In this document: piece by piece, positions 37,351-46,520 of the stretch
Layout of the letters: each line of letters starts with the position of its first letter
Numbering within the stretch: the first letter of the stretch is position 1
Source: a virus
Lineage: Duplodnaviria; Caudoviricetes
Virus record (IMG/VR): IMGVR_UViG_2534682025_000001
Coordinates: 20,615-84,614 of that record
Strand: one strand, 5' to 3'
Length of the DNA: 64,000 nt
Notes under the pieces: generated by a model
Seen by the model: only the letters and a program-made list of their open reading frames with translations
Databases searched by the model: none
What the model was told of the DNA's origin: nothing
Program-made: the position numbers and the translations under genes

Positions 37351-37992
37351 TTAGCCCTCAATGATGCTTATTTCACCCTTGCCTTCTGGTGTAAACACGC
37401 ATCTAGCCTTAGCTGGCAATTCTGCCCCAAAGCTGTTTTTTGCCTCAAAACCCAGCATAACAACCACATTGCCTGTTGTGGCAGCAGTAAAACCACTGCT
37501 ATCTAGTAGTTTGAAATTTACTGAGGTTGGGTATTTAGCATTAGCTTTCACCATGTCGCGACACCTATCGAATGCATCGGTTTGACTAATTGCTTTTTGA
37601 GTTTGTGATTTAATTTCTTTCGTGCCAACTAAATCTGTCTGCGATACATAAAATCGCTCACCATTCACGCAGTCCACAAAGAAAACTGCTTCTTTTTTTG
37701 GAGTGCTTCTATTATCAGATAGCGCCACCATATCAATAGAATCACACGTATTTGGTTCATTTGCTATTTTTTGAACTGCTTGTTTTTCAAGCTCTGAAAT
37801 CCTCTTAACCCAATCCTCACCCCATTCAGCATAGAGTCTAGGGAATTGATCAATAGAGTAATTGTTATATGCATACTGGCTAATTTTTTTAGGGCCTGAT
37901 TGCTCGCTGGTATTGGATTTTTTAGGGCTTTCCACTTCCCCACCACACCCTAAAAGACCAATAGCCAAAGCTAATAAAATAATTTTCTTCAT
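37351..37992 (-). CDS. Lipoprotein moron
   Basis: MKKIILLALAIGLLGC lipobox; AKNSFGA motif; flanked by terminators at ~37313-37334 and ~38035-38059. Confidence 0.8.
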   Translation of the reverse strand: MKKIILLALAIGLLGCGGEVESPKKSNTSEQSGPKKISQYAYNNYSIDQFPRLYAEWGEDWVKRISELEKQAVQKIANEPNTCDSIDMVALSDNRSTPKKEAVFFVDCVNGERFYVSQTDLVGTKEIKSQTQKAISQTDAFDRCRDMVKANAKYPTSVNFKLLDSSGFTAATTGNVVVMLGFEAKNSFGAELPAKARCVFTPEGKGEISIIEG

Positions 37993-38065
37993 ATCTAATC
38001 CCTCTTTATTTAGGACAAGATACTAATTCCAGCACAAAAAAACCACTCCGAAGAGTGGTCTTGTT

Positions 38066-38389
38066 TTATTTAACCATCAGCACTATCGACACAATGACCA
38101 AGATAGCTGTTAGTAGATAACAATTGGTTCGCCACATTAGAATGGTTTTAGTGCTCTGCTTCATTAATATTTCATACTCTTGCATTCTTTTCGCGGCATG
38201 ATCCATGGCGCTCGCTCCACGACTAAGCGTGTCTTGAAGCATTTGGTTTTCTTGCTTTAGCATTCTTTCTTCCACACGGTGGAGCTTCATCAACTCGCGT
38301 ATGGCTTGAATCCTATCCGCCACCTCCTCTAGCAATTCATCACGAGTCATATTTAAGATATCTTCATCTAGATCATAATTATCAGTCAT
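38066..38389 (-). CDS. Coiled-coil protein with C-terminal TM anchor
   Basis: Start MTDNY overlapping antirepressor stop. Confidence 0.6.
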   Translation of the reverse strand: MTDNYDLDEDILNMTRDELLEEVADRIQAIRELMKLHRVEERMLKQENQMLQDTLSRGASAMDHAAKRMQEYEILMKQSTKTILMWRTNCYLLTAILVIVSIVLMVK

Positions 38390-38933
38390 TTGAACTGCCC
38401 TCAAATGGCAATTGGGGTTGTGCTCTTGCAACTAGATCATCTAGCGTCTGCATCAACTGAGGCTTCACTTGCTTACCCATAACACATAGTGTTCGGCCTG
38501 CGTTGGAAAGAACATCTGTAACATGCTCAAGCTTTAGCATAGCTTTGTTTATCTCAATCTGGATGCCATAAACCATATCTCGCGCTATCTTTTCCTGCTC
38601 AATGAAATATCGACGAACAGCTCTACCTTGATCTGTTTTTTCAACCATTCCCAGCTCTTTTGCCATGTCTAGAGTGATAAAGTAGTCTTTCTTGATCTGA
38701 GGCCTGCTTTTTGAGGTATCCTTTTTGGGATAGCTCAAATTCTGGACAATTATATAATCTGAACCCTCTTGAAATTTATACTCCTTGATTCGACCATTAA
38801 TCCATCCTGAAAACATCCTCCCCACCCCAAGAGCAGCATGAAGTGTTCTGGCATCCACACACAAGCGAATCTCACCATCAATTTCATATTCAACTACCGG
38901 AATTAAAGAATCCTGCTTAACAATTGCATTCAT
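38382..38933 (-). CDS. AntA/AntB antirepressor
   Basis: VDARTLHAALGV..FSGWI..RI, TLDMAKELGMVE..GRAVRRYFI. Confidence 0.9.
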   Translation of the reverse strand: MNAIVKQDSLIPVVEYEIDGEIRLCVDARTLHAALGVGRMFSGWINGRIKEYKFQEGSDYIIVQNLSYPKKDTSKSRPQIKKDYFITLDMAKELGMVEKTDQGRAVRRYFIEQEKIARDMVYGIQIEINKAMLKLEHVTDVLSNAGRTLCVMGKQVKPQLMQTLDDLVARAQPQLPFEGSSND

Positions 38934-39220
38934 GCTACTGACTCCTGTGCTAATAACTTTGCCGCTCTTGGTGAATGTTTCTCAAAGTAAGCAACCTCTT
39001 CACAGCACTCATCGACCCATTTATTCAAATGATCCCAAGTGATTGACGCCAAGGTGTAGGCCGTAGTGTGCTTTTCAGACTTTTCCATGATTAATGTGAC
39101 AAGCGTTTGTAGGTCACTAAAGCCATTTTCAGCATTGTTAATAAAATCAACAAAGCGCTCTAGTTGGTGCTGACTGATCTGAACTTGATTCGCTTCAGTG
39201 ATATGAGTTATATTTGACAT
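38930..39220 (-). CDS. Hypothetical protein in arc-ant operon
   Basis: Start MSNITH with AGGA SD; ATGA overlap with antirepressor. Confidence 0.65.
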   Translation of the reverse strand: MSNITHITEANQVQISQHQLERFVDFINNAENGFSDLQTLVTLIMEKSEKHTTAYTLASITWDHLNKWVDECCEEVAYFEKHSPRAAKLLAQESVA

Positions 39221-39297
39221 AGTTACATTTCCTATTGTGACCACACTAAAGCCCCGATCCGCCAAGATTTGATGGGCTTTTTTGTTGTCTATTGATT

Positions 39298-39456
39298 TCA
39301 TGCTTTCGCACTCTTTTGGTTTTGTTTGAGCCATTCTTCAACAATAGTATTCAACTGTGCTGTCAAAGAACGACGGTTTTCTGCTGCTGCCTTTTTCAGC
39401 CCATCTATATTTTCATGAGCCATTCGGACATTTAGCTGCTTGTCATGTCGTGTCAT
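39298..39456 (-). CDS. Arc-family ribbon-helix-helix repressor (52 aa), not in ORF track
   Basis: QLNVRM...LKKAAAENRRSLTAQL; GGAG SD. Confidence 0.82.
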   Translation of the reverse strand: MTRHDKQLNVRMAHENIDGLKKAAAENRRSLTAQLNTIVEEWLKQNQKSAKA

Positions 39457-39469
39457 TTTTACTCCATTT

Positions 39470-39538
39470 AAAGTGTTTTGCTTTATAGCGTTTTAATTTA
39501 TAGCAAAATACTTTATTGAAGTAAAGCGTTTTGCTATA
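39470..39538. promoter_or_regulatory. Arc/Mnt-type operators between divergent RHH genes
   Basis: AAAGYGTTTTGCTWTA direct and inverted copies. Confidence 0.6.
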
Positions 39539-39574
39539 TATCATTAAAATAATTTCACACTTTGCTGAACTGCT

Positions 39575-39886
39575 ATGGCTCAAGAATATTCACAAGTAAA
39601 CTTCAGAATACCCTCAAAGCTAAAAGAAGATATAGAAAAGGCAGCTTTCGCCAATAACCGTTCAATCACATCTGAACTCGTGTCTCGGCTTGAGGATAGC
39701 TTCACTCCAAAAACACTTACCCCATCCCCAGAAATGGTAAAATATAAAGAGGAAATGGAAGCTCAGACTAAGATTCTTCTAGAAAGCCAGCGTGTTTTAT
39801 TGGAGCAAAATGAAAGGCAGGCCAAGATTTTAGCTGAACTTAAAGACTTTCAAGCTTGGAAAAATCAACAAAAGAAACCAAGCTAA
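39575..39886 (+). CDS. Arc/Mnt-family repressor
   Basis: QVNFRIP..LKEDIEKAA..NNRSITSELVSRL. Confidence 0.88.
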   Translation: MAQEYSQVNFRIPSKLKEDIEKAAFANNRSITSELVSRLEDSFTPKTLTPSPEMVKYKEEMEAQTKILLESQRVLLEQNERQAKILAELKDFQAWKNQQKKPS

Positions 39887-39895
39887 CCTGATTTC

Positions 39896-40512
39896 TTATT
39901 TCCCGAAATTCTCCACCAGATAATCCTCAAGATTCTTTTCTACTGGCTTTTCTTCATGGGTCATTAAGTCATGCAGCTTCACATTCTTAACACCTTTCAG
40001 CATTAAAATAGACTGGTGAATCCTTGCTAATTCTTGCTCAAATCTTCTTCCAAGGTTGAGGCTTCCGTATTTTCGGATGTAGGCGGTGTACTTTTTGATT
40101 TCTCGGTATGGGAGGTCTGCGATTTCGCTGTACGTTTTGCCGAGCGCGATACTGATCTCGATGAGGATTTCGTCGTCTTGGTTGAGTTCAGTTGCTTTCC
40201 CAATACGTTAATATCCACAATTTTTGACCACAACGCATCTACTAAGGCTTGGTTAAAATGGGTGCGGATTTCATCTTCAGTGAATGCAAGTTGCCCTTTT
40301 TCATCACAGATAACACTTGCCAAAACACCAGCTAAAGCCTCTTTGTTTTCACCATAGGCTTTCATTTGGGCTACTGCTGTGCTGTAGCTGAATGGCAGAA
40401 TATGAGTATCAAATTCCGCATCTTCACCAGCAACTTTAATTTGAACAGTTACGTGCTCCGGCTTACCCATTAGTGCGCCAGATTTAATGTCTTTTAAAGT
40501 TAATTTTTTCAT
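39896..40512 (-). CDS. Tail assembly chaperone G-T (-1 programmed frameshift product)
   Basis: GGGAAAG slippery site at 40201-40195; -1 frame reads ATELNQDD...YIRKYGSLNLGRRFEQ... to stop at 39896. Confidence 0.8.
40027..40512 (-). CDS. Tail assembly chaperone G
   Basis: ASVICDEKGQLAFT, follows major tail gene. Confidence 0.85.
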   Translation of the reverse strand: MKKLTLKDIKSGALMGKPEHVTVQIKVAGEDAEFDTHILPFSYSTAVAQMKAYGENKEALAGVLASVICDEKGQLAFTEDEIRTHFNQALVDALWSKIVDINVLGKQLNSTKTTKSSSRSVSRSAKRTAKSQTSHTEKSKSTPPTSENTEASTLEEDLSKN

Positions 40513-40552
40513 GATTCACCAAGAAAGCAAAAGGCCCTGTACGGGCCTTAAA

Positions 40553-41017
40553 TTAAACAGTTGCTGGAGTTAGAGTCACACCAGTTGAACGCTGTAAAGT
40601 GAACTGGTAGCCCACAATGGAATCCGCTTCAAAGGTTGGTACTGCTGGAGTTAGTGCGCCTTTAAATGACCAGAATGAGCGACCAGTTGGTAGAGTCACC
40701 TTCTTTGTAGCTACTGTTGGCGGAGCAACTGAATCACTTGCACCAATATAAAATTCAAGTTCAGTGCGATTTTCTGCCCATTGAATAAGTTTTAGGTGTG
40801 AGCTGTTTTTAGGGTCGAGTCGAATTGAAAGTGAACCATCACCCGGATCAGATAGTCCGGGCACATAGGATTTGGATTTCTTTTCTTCAAGACAGGTTGT
40901 TTCAATTTTTGAAGTACTGTCACTCCCTAAGTCGATACCGGTTACACAGACAAGTTGCGTAATGTCGGTACCATCAAAAGCAAAGACGTTTGTCCCTTGC
41001 GTGCGTAATTCTGCCAT
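40553..41017 (-). CDS. Major tail tube protein
   Basis: TQGT, IETTCL, GLSDPG, FEADSIV; start MAELR. Confidence 0.9.
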   Translation of the reverse strand: MAELRTQGTNVFAFDGTDITQLVCVTGIDLGSDSTSKIETTCLEEKKSKSYVPGLSDPGDGSLSIRLDPKNSSHLKLIQWAENRTELEFYIGASDSVAPPTVATKKVTLPTGRSFWSFKGALTPAVPTFEADSIVGYQFTLQRSTGVTLTPATV

Positions 41018-41105
41018 TTGCGAGTGCTCCTCAATTTTAGGCATAAAAAAAGCCACCGAGTGGTGGCATTGGTTTGGAAATAATTAACCCCGCACTTGGT
41101 GGGGT

Positions 41106-41381
41106 TTAATGTTTGTTGGAATCTATGGTTTCACCCTGTATGCCTTTGCATAGTTTCAGGATGCTTTCGGCATGCAGCGTGATGTGTCGATGGTTTGGCT
41201 TGGTTCGCTCAATATCAATTCCAATCAATATGGCTGCTTCAATATTTTTCTGCCAATCACCTGTATCCGGTACTGGTTCGATTGAGCAAAACACATAACT
41301 ATCATCACCAATATTAATGTCAGCATAATTTTCTTCGTCTGTGCTTGGTCGACATTCTGCGACCACATAAGCAATATTCAT
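41106..41381 (-). CDS. Hypothetical protein downstream of rha
   Basis: 91-aa ORF in moron. Confidence 0.6.
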   Translation of the reverse strand: MNIAYVVAECRPSTDEENYADINIGDDSYVFCSIEPVPDTGDWQKNIEAAILIGIDIERTKPNHRHITLHAESILKLCKGIQGETIDSNKH

Positions 41382-41383
41382 GA

Positions 41384-41908
41384 TTAAACCCCGCCAGCAA
41401 ATGGTAGTGATGGCTGCAACTCACTTTCTAATTGCGCTATCTCATCATCAAGCGGATGCTTTTCATGTTTCCACACATTCATATCTCTGGCTGAACAACT
41501 AACTTGCTGCTTTCGACTATTGCGATAACCGACAATATGGTTATATCGCGCCCATTTAGATTGAAAGACTTGGGTTAATTGGCCTGCCATCCAGTTAAAA
41601 GCATCAATAAATTGCTCTTTTACAGCATCAGCTTTATCACCAGTAAAACCCATCACCAGAAACATCCAGCCATCTTTAGTCATTCTATAAAATTTTCTTG
41701 CTTTTCCATTCTGTAACTTATTGTTTTCAAAGCAAAGCTCAAAATTGAGCGCTTTAAATTTGTCAGAGCATCTTAGTTTTTCAATATCTCGTATTACGTT
41801 TTTATGTAGTTTTCCAAATGCTTCAGCCACAGCATAACTGGTTGTTTTTGGCTCACCATCATCACTTGAGACCATGGCGCGTAAATTTAATGTTGTCATC
41901 ATATTCAT
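41384..41908 (-). CDS. Rha family regulator
   Basis: TTSYAVAEAFGKLHKNVIRDI, MTKDGWMFLVMGFTG. Confidence 0.92.
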   Translation of the reverse strand: MNMMTTLNLRAMVSSDDGEPKTTSYAVAEAFGKLHKNVIRDIEKLRCSDKFKALNFELCFENNKLQNGKARKFYRMTKDGWMFLVMGFTGDKADAVKEQFIDAFNWMAGQLTQVFQSKWARYNHIVGYRNSRKQQVSCSARDMNVWKHEKHPLDDEIAQLESELQPSLPFAGGV

Positions 41909-41940
41909 GACTTTCTCCTAATCATATTCAAAAAAAAGAA

Positions 41941-41996
41941 ACTGGCAGGCACGCTGAATATGGAAACGTGCTTTTCGAACCGTCGTTCTAGCCAGT
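41941..41996 (-). ncRNA. C4/IsrK-like antisense RNA upstream of rha
   Basis: Outer stem ACUGGC/GCCAGU, two inner hairpins; loop CAUAUUCA complementary to UGAAUAUG at 41930-41923 and 41907-41900. Confidence 0.65.
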
Positions 41997-42059
41997 GGTT
42001 TGCCTGAAAACAGGCATAAAAAAACCGCCCAATAAGGACGGTTTGATTAAGTGGTGAAG

Positions 42060-42431
42060 TTATCTATCCAAAAACCAATTCGCATCAAAGCCACGACCAA
42101 AAATATTGGTATCAGCAATGCGCTCAAAATGATTTGGGTGAATATTGGTGACATAGCAATATGGCTCTAGGGCCTTTCTGATTGCGGCTCGAATATCCGA
42201 TGCTCTTTTCTGCTGGGTGTCGTAAACCACAATCTGAAATGACACATGATCGATATTGGCTGGGCAATCCAAGTGGTTTTCAGGATTTGCTGTGACTACT
42301 GACCAGACTGCATAAGGGTATGGCGTTTTGTGTGGTGCAACATCCTCAAATACTCTCAAAGGATTGGTGCCAAGCAATTCTTTCACATCAATACTGGCAT
42401 TGAGCACCGGAACTACAGGTAAAATGTTCAT
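42060..42431 (-). CDS. Tail terminator (DUF3168)
   Basis: AP..TPYPYAVW, FQIVVY, AIRKALE. Confidence 0.85.
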   Translation of the reverse strand: MNILPVVPVLNASIDVKELLGTNPLRVFEDVAPHKTPYPYAVWSVVTANPENHLDCPANIDHVSFQIVVYDTQQKRASDIRAAIRKALEPYCYVTNIHPNHFERIADTNIFGRGFDANWFLDR

Positions 42432-42886
42432 AATTTAGCGAGTTCCTTGTCGATTTCTTTATTGAAGTTTTCAGCAAAGCTATTGGTCACGGCTTGGATG
42501 TTGTTTTGCAGTGCTGGGCGCATGAATGGAGTTGGTGGATTGTGCACAGAGCCAAATTCTAACCAACGCCAATGCCTGGTATCCCCACCACTTGTATTGG
42601 GTGGATTTGGATTGGAGAATGATGCTCCACCACGCACACCAACACGCATGATCACTTCATTTGGGTTTCGGGTTTTACCCGCAGCAATCGCAATATTTTT
42701 CCAGATCTTTTCCGCTGTTTGTGGATCATCAATGCCTTTTGCATTATTTCGTGCGGCATCACGTACAATTGCCATTGCCTTGCGCATGGAACGCCTTGCA
42801 GCATTCTTCATCAAGCGAGGATTTGCCAGTCTTTTAAGCTTTTCCTGAACCTCATCCAAGCCCTCAATATTGAATTCTACTGACAT
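42428..42886 (-). CDS. HK97 gp10-family tail completion protein
   Basis: IEGLDE, WRWLEFGS...PFMRPAL. Confidence 0.9.
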   Translation of the reverse strand: MSVEFNIEGLDEVQEKLKRLANPRLMKNAARRSMRKAMAIVRDAARNNAKGIDDPQTAEKIWKNIAIAAGKTRNPNEVIMRVGVRGGASFSNPNPPNTSGGDTRHWRWLEFGSVHNPPTPFMRPALQNNIQAVTNSFAENFNKEIDKELAKL

Positions 42887-42889
42887 GGC

Positions 42890-43219
42890 CTACTCCACTA
42901 GCGACAACTCCAGCGTCATATAAATCCGACCGTTTTCATTGTCTGGTTTAGGTGGTGAAACGATCTGAAAGGTCTGACCATCAAATAAAACGCGCATACC
43001 AGTATCAATATCTTTGCGTTTACGCAGTTTTAGCCGGGCCGTGGTTTCTGATCCGGCAGCCTTGGCGTTAATGGAGTCTTTGACAGACAGGAAATCCAAC
43101 TTACCCCAGAGTTTTTTAAACTCCGTCCAAGCTTCGGTTTCATAGTTGTATTCATCATAGGTCGTGGTTTTATGCTGAATCGTTACACGGTGGCATAATT
43201 CGCCGGCACGTTGGGCCAT
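42890..43219 (-). CDS. Head closure protein (head-tail adaptor)
   Basis: AGELCHRVTIQ, GMRVLFDG. Confidence 0.88.
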   Translation of the reverse strand: MAQRAGELCHRVTIQHKTTTYDEYNYETEAWTEFKKLWGKLDFLSVKDSINAKAAGSETTARLKLRKRKDIDTGMRVLFDGQTFQIVSPPKPDNENGRIYMTLELSLVE

Positions 43220-43227
43220 AGATCACC

Positions 43228-43518
43228 TCAAATCGCTGTAGGCTTACGATATGGATAAAGCAGGCTTTGCACCGGCATCGGCAGAAAGTTGCCATTTACC
43301 GGCATTTCCTGCTCAGCATTGCGGTACTGGTCCCAATGTCCACACAGTAATAAAATTGCCTGATGAATTGCTTTAGGGTAATCAGGTTCAAGTTCATCAG
43401 TGATGTAATTCAACACCACTGAATCTGCTGCATCCAAATAACCCTGAAGCATCATGTCATTTGAATCATCGTCATAGCGCAAATGCTCTTTTAGGGTCTC
43501 AAGACTTACAATACTCAT
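43228..43518 (-). CDS. Head-tail connector (gp6-like)
   Basis: VSLETLKEHLR, AILLLCGHW...R, LLYPYR. Confidence 0.9.
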   Translation of the reverse strand: MSIVSLETLKEHLRYDDDSNDMMLQGYLDAADSVVLNYITDELEPDYPKAIHQAILLLCGHWDQYRNAEQEMPVNGNFLPMPVQSLLYPYRKPTAI

Positions 43519-44957
43519 TCTTCACCCCATTTCTTTTGCGCTAATTTGAAGTTTTCATGGCTAAATTCGCCTGAATGATCTTTTTCACAGTGCCATAATG
43601 AGCCTTTGTGAGTCACAAACTGGCCTGATTTATACTGATTTTCAGCCTTAAAAACGCCCTGATATTGGCCTTTTTGGTCTAAATTTTCGGTATTTTGTGG
43701 CGTATTTGGTGCAGATTTCCCAAAAGGATCTTCTTTCTGGTCACGCTTAGACAGTGCTTCAAGCGAGAAGTTCTGCTGCTGCATGTAAACCGTGTCACCG
43801 CCTTCTAATGGGCCTAAACCTAGCTTCTGGCGTGCTTCATTGGGTGTCATGATTGCCGCACCAACACCTTCTTTGAGTCGCTGCATCTGAGATACCGAAT
43901 CCATTCGGATCAAGGTATCCAGATCAAGAAAGGCTTCCAAATTCGCGTCTTTAAGCCCAAGGCTTTCATCGAGCAAGTTTTCACGCGCTTCAATCAGGCT
44001 TTGCAAACAGTCTGAATAGTAGATTTCATTCAGGTCTGAAACTTTCTGACCTGCTGGAATAGTGCCAATGCCCAATTTAAATTGCGGTACATGAAAAACA
44101 GCACAAATGACTTCATTGCTCATTCGCATCTGTTCAATTAATTGAGAATCAGCAGCTGAAACTGAAATGGCTTCGAACTTCATACCATCACCAACTACCG
44201 CTGTGCACCCAGCATTCGCACCACCATAGCTTTCATTCCATTGTTTTTTGATCGCCGCTGCTTTGTCTGGATCAATGGGACCAGGAGCAATCAAGATTCC
44301 ACCTGGTCGGCTATTGTTTCTAAAGTGTTGGCGCTGGCTTTTCTGGATCTCTAGGCCATGCCCTGCTGCTACCGCACACGCTGTAATCGGCGATAAGCCT
44401 ACAAGCGGATGATAGAAGCAGTTAATACGATCATGAATAATTTCAGATGCCGGTACCACTTCATGAGAAATCTGATTAAGTCGATCATCGTTAAGCTGAT
44501 AAAAGACATCACCAGCATCACTGATTAACGGCTTTGTTAGATCAGGATTTAACACTTTCAAGCCAACAACTTTGCCTGAGAAGATATCTCGCACCTTAAA
44601 CACATAAGTATTACCGCGAAGCAGTAGAGATGTAGTCCACTGTTCGCTGAATTGCTGCCATGTCTGGTAGTGGTTTGGCTTATTTAGAACACTGAAACGC
44701 TCTGGAATATCTTGATCAATCCAGACACCTTGCTGCTTCTTTTTTAGCAGAATCGGCATCTTTCCGATATCTTGAGAAATCAGCGAAACGCAACTAAATA
44801 CTGCATGGTGAGCCGCCAAATCTTCCCGGGTCAGCTCATCATTCTTTTGCCAGGCACCAGAATAAGGCTCGTGCACAAATAAAGAAGTCCACCCTTGGTT
44901 TGAATGGACTCCTTGGAGGGATTTCTTTTTACCAAATAAATTTCCGAAAAAGCCCAT
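43515..44957 (-). CDS. Portal protein with extra C-terminal aromatic beta domain
   Basis: AVFSCVSLISQDIGKMP, LLRGNTY, TPNEAR; tail YQGVF...GQFVTHKGSLWHC. Confidence 0.92.
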   Translation of the reverse strand: MGFFGNLFGKKKSLQGVHSNQGWTSLFVHEPYSGAWQKNDELTREDLAAHHAVFSCVSLISQDIGKMPILLKKKQQGVWIDQDIPERFSVLNKPNHYQTWQQFSEQWTTSLLLRGNTYVFKVRDIFSGKVVGLKVLNPDLTKPLISDAGDVFYQLNDDRLNQISHEVVPASEIIHDRINCFYHPLVGLSPITACAVAAGHGLEIQKSQRQHFRNNSRPGGILIAPGPIDPDKAAAIKKQWNESYGGANAGCTAVVGDGMKFEAISVSAADSQLIEQMRMSNEVICAVFHVPQFKLGIGTIPAGQKVSDLNEIYYSDCLQSLIEARENLLDESLGLKDANLEAFLDLDTLIRMDSVSQMQRLKEGVGAAIMTPNEARQKLGLGPLEGGDTVYMQQQNFSLEALSKRDQKEDPFGKSAPNTPQNTENLDQKGQYQGVFKAENQYKSGQFVTHKGSLWHCEKDHSGEFSHENFKLAQKKWGEE

Positions 44958-44967
44958 TCTTTACATC

Positions 44968-45135
44968 CTATTCTTTGGTTTTATCTTCTTTCTTTGCTTT
45001 TGGTGCTGCTTTTTTCGGTTCTGTATAAACCTCTGCAACACCAATTTTGAGCAATACATTTGCCTGAAAATCAGGAATCTCTTTCACATCCCCAATATTG
45101 GAATCATGGGTCATCTTTAAATATTTAATCTTCAT
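44968..45135 (-). CDS. 55-aa head accessory protein, not in ORF track
   Basis: MKIKYLK...GDVKEIPD..A..L..IGVAE with basic tail; AGGA SD. Confidence 0.7.
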   Translation of the reverse strand: MKIKYLKMTHDSNIGDVKEIPDFQANVLLKIGVAEVYTEPKKAAPKAKKEDKTKE

Positions 45136-45218
45136 AGACTGTTCCTATAGCTAAACAATTGTGATGCTTAGATATAAAAACAGCCCCGGTTAAGGAGCTG
45201 TTTTTGAGCATTTATAGA

Positions 45219-46520
45219 TTACGGTGTGCTGTAATCAAGGAATGCCGCTGCGATTGGACGACGTTTTGCCCAGGTGATGAACTTCTCAACACGTACCGCA
45301 AATTTGTTTTCTTGCCATAAGTGATGAGTCGTACCACCATCAACCAGAGTTGCTTGATCAGAGTAAGACACATCCACACCACCATCCTGAGCAAGCAGGA
45401 TTTCAGAAGTTTTCACAAGAATGATCTTGTCGCCGACTGTTTGTGATGTGATTACCGGAATACCCATCAATGTACGAGTACCGCGAAGTGCCATGCCCTC
45501 AAAGTAGCTGCGACCCAAAGCATCACGCAGCAAGCTAATCTGTGCAGCGCGTGTTTCAGACATAATGAAGTACGCGCCATCCAGTGAAAGGTTGGCAGTC
45601 ACAAAGCTATTCACCAGGGCCAGCAAATCGGCTTCATAATTTTCTGCCGTAGTGCCAGTGTTGGCAGTAGCAGTAATCCCATCTAAGAGGCCCGCAGGAC
45701 GAACCGCAGTAGCAGCGCTAGCATCAAGGAACGTGTTATCAATTAAAGTTTTTGATGCCTCAATCAAATCATCACGAACCAAAATATCTACAGCTGGATC
45801 AGAGCGGCGCATTAATTCCTGTGTGTAGACAGTAATCGCAGCAAGCTTATGCTCTTTGATTTCAACTTCACCATAGGTTGGGTTTGTTAATGGCTTTGGA
45901 GCGCCTTCACCCACCCATTGCGCCTGACCACCGGTTAGCTGGCTTGGGATTTTTGAGTTAAACGGCACATTACGAAAGCCTGCAAGCTGGTCAAATACAG
46001 TTGCAGCACGAAGCATGTCAACAAATTCACCAACTAAGCGGTTTTCAGTGACCAATGATGCTGCAAAGCCTGCATCGGTAGTGGTACCCAAGGTTGCCTT
46101 TGTCACAAGGTCTTGAACTTCATCGCCAAAGCCAAGCTGTTTCGCCATGTCCACCGGTGCAATGTAGTGACCTTTTTTAGCCTCAAGAGCAGCTGCAAGT
46201 TTTGCACGTGCATACTGAGCAAAGCCGATACCCGGCTCTAAAGTTTTTACAATTTCAATTTTTGGCTCAGGCTCTTGACCCGGTGTAGGAGCCGGCTCTT
46301 GAAGACCCTTCTTTTCAGCTTCTTCAACAGCTTTGATTTGCTTTTTAGTGCGCTCAATATTTACTTCGAGCGCTGCGATATCTTTTTCAATCGCTTGAAT
46401 TTCCGCTTCAGTTGCCTCATCAGGTGTAGCACCCTCGGCAGCTGACTTTGATAGTGCCGTTTGCATTGCTTGGTTTTTTTCAGCCAATGCTTTAAGCAGC
46501 TTTGCTAAATACTCTTTCAT
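45219..46520 (-). CDS. HK97-family major capsid protein
   Basis: AQWVGEG, HKLAAI..TQEL, TLMGIPVITS, LWQEN.FAVRVE. Confidence 0.93.
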   Translation of the reverse strand: MKEYLAKLLKALAEKNQAMQTALSKSAAEGATPDEATEAEIQAIEKDIAALEVNIERTKKQIKAVEEAEKKGLQEPAPTPGQEPEPKIEIVKTLEPGIGFAQYARAKLAAALEAKKGHYIAPVDMAKQLGFGDEVQDLVTKATLGTTTDAGFAASLVTENRLVGEFVDMLRAATVFDQLAGFRNVPFNSKIPSQLTGGQAQWVGEGAPKPLTNPTYGEVEIKEHKLAAITVYTQELMRRSDPAVDILVRDDLIEASKTLIDNTFLDASAATAVRPAGLLDGITATANTGTTAENYEADLLALVNSFVTANLSLDGAYFIMSETRAAQISLLRDALGRSYFEGMALRGTRTLMGIPVITSQTVGDKIILVKTSEILLAQDGGVDVSYSDQATLVDGGTTHHLWQENKFAVRVEKFITWAKRRPIAAAFLDYSTP

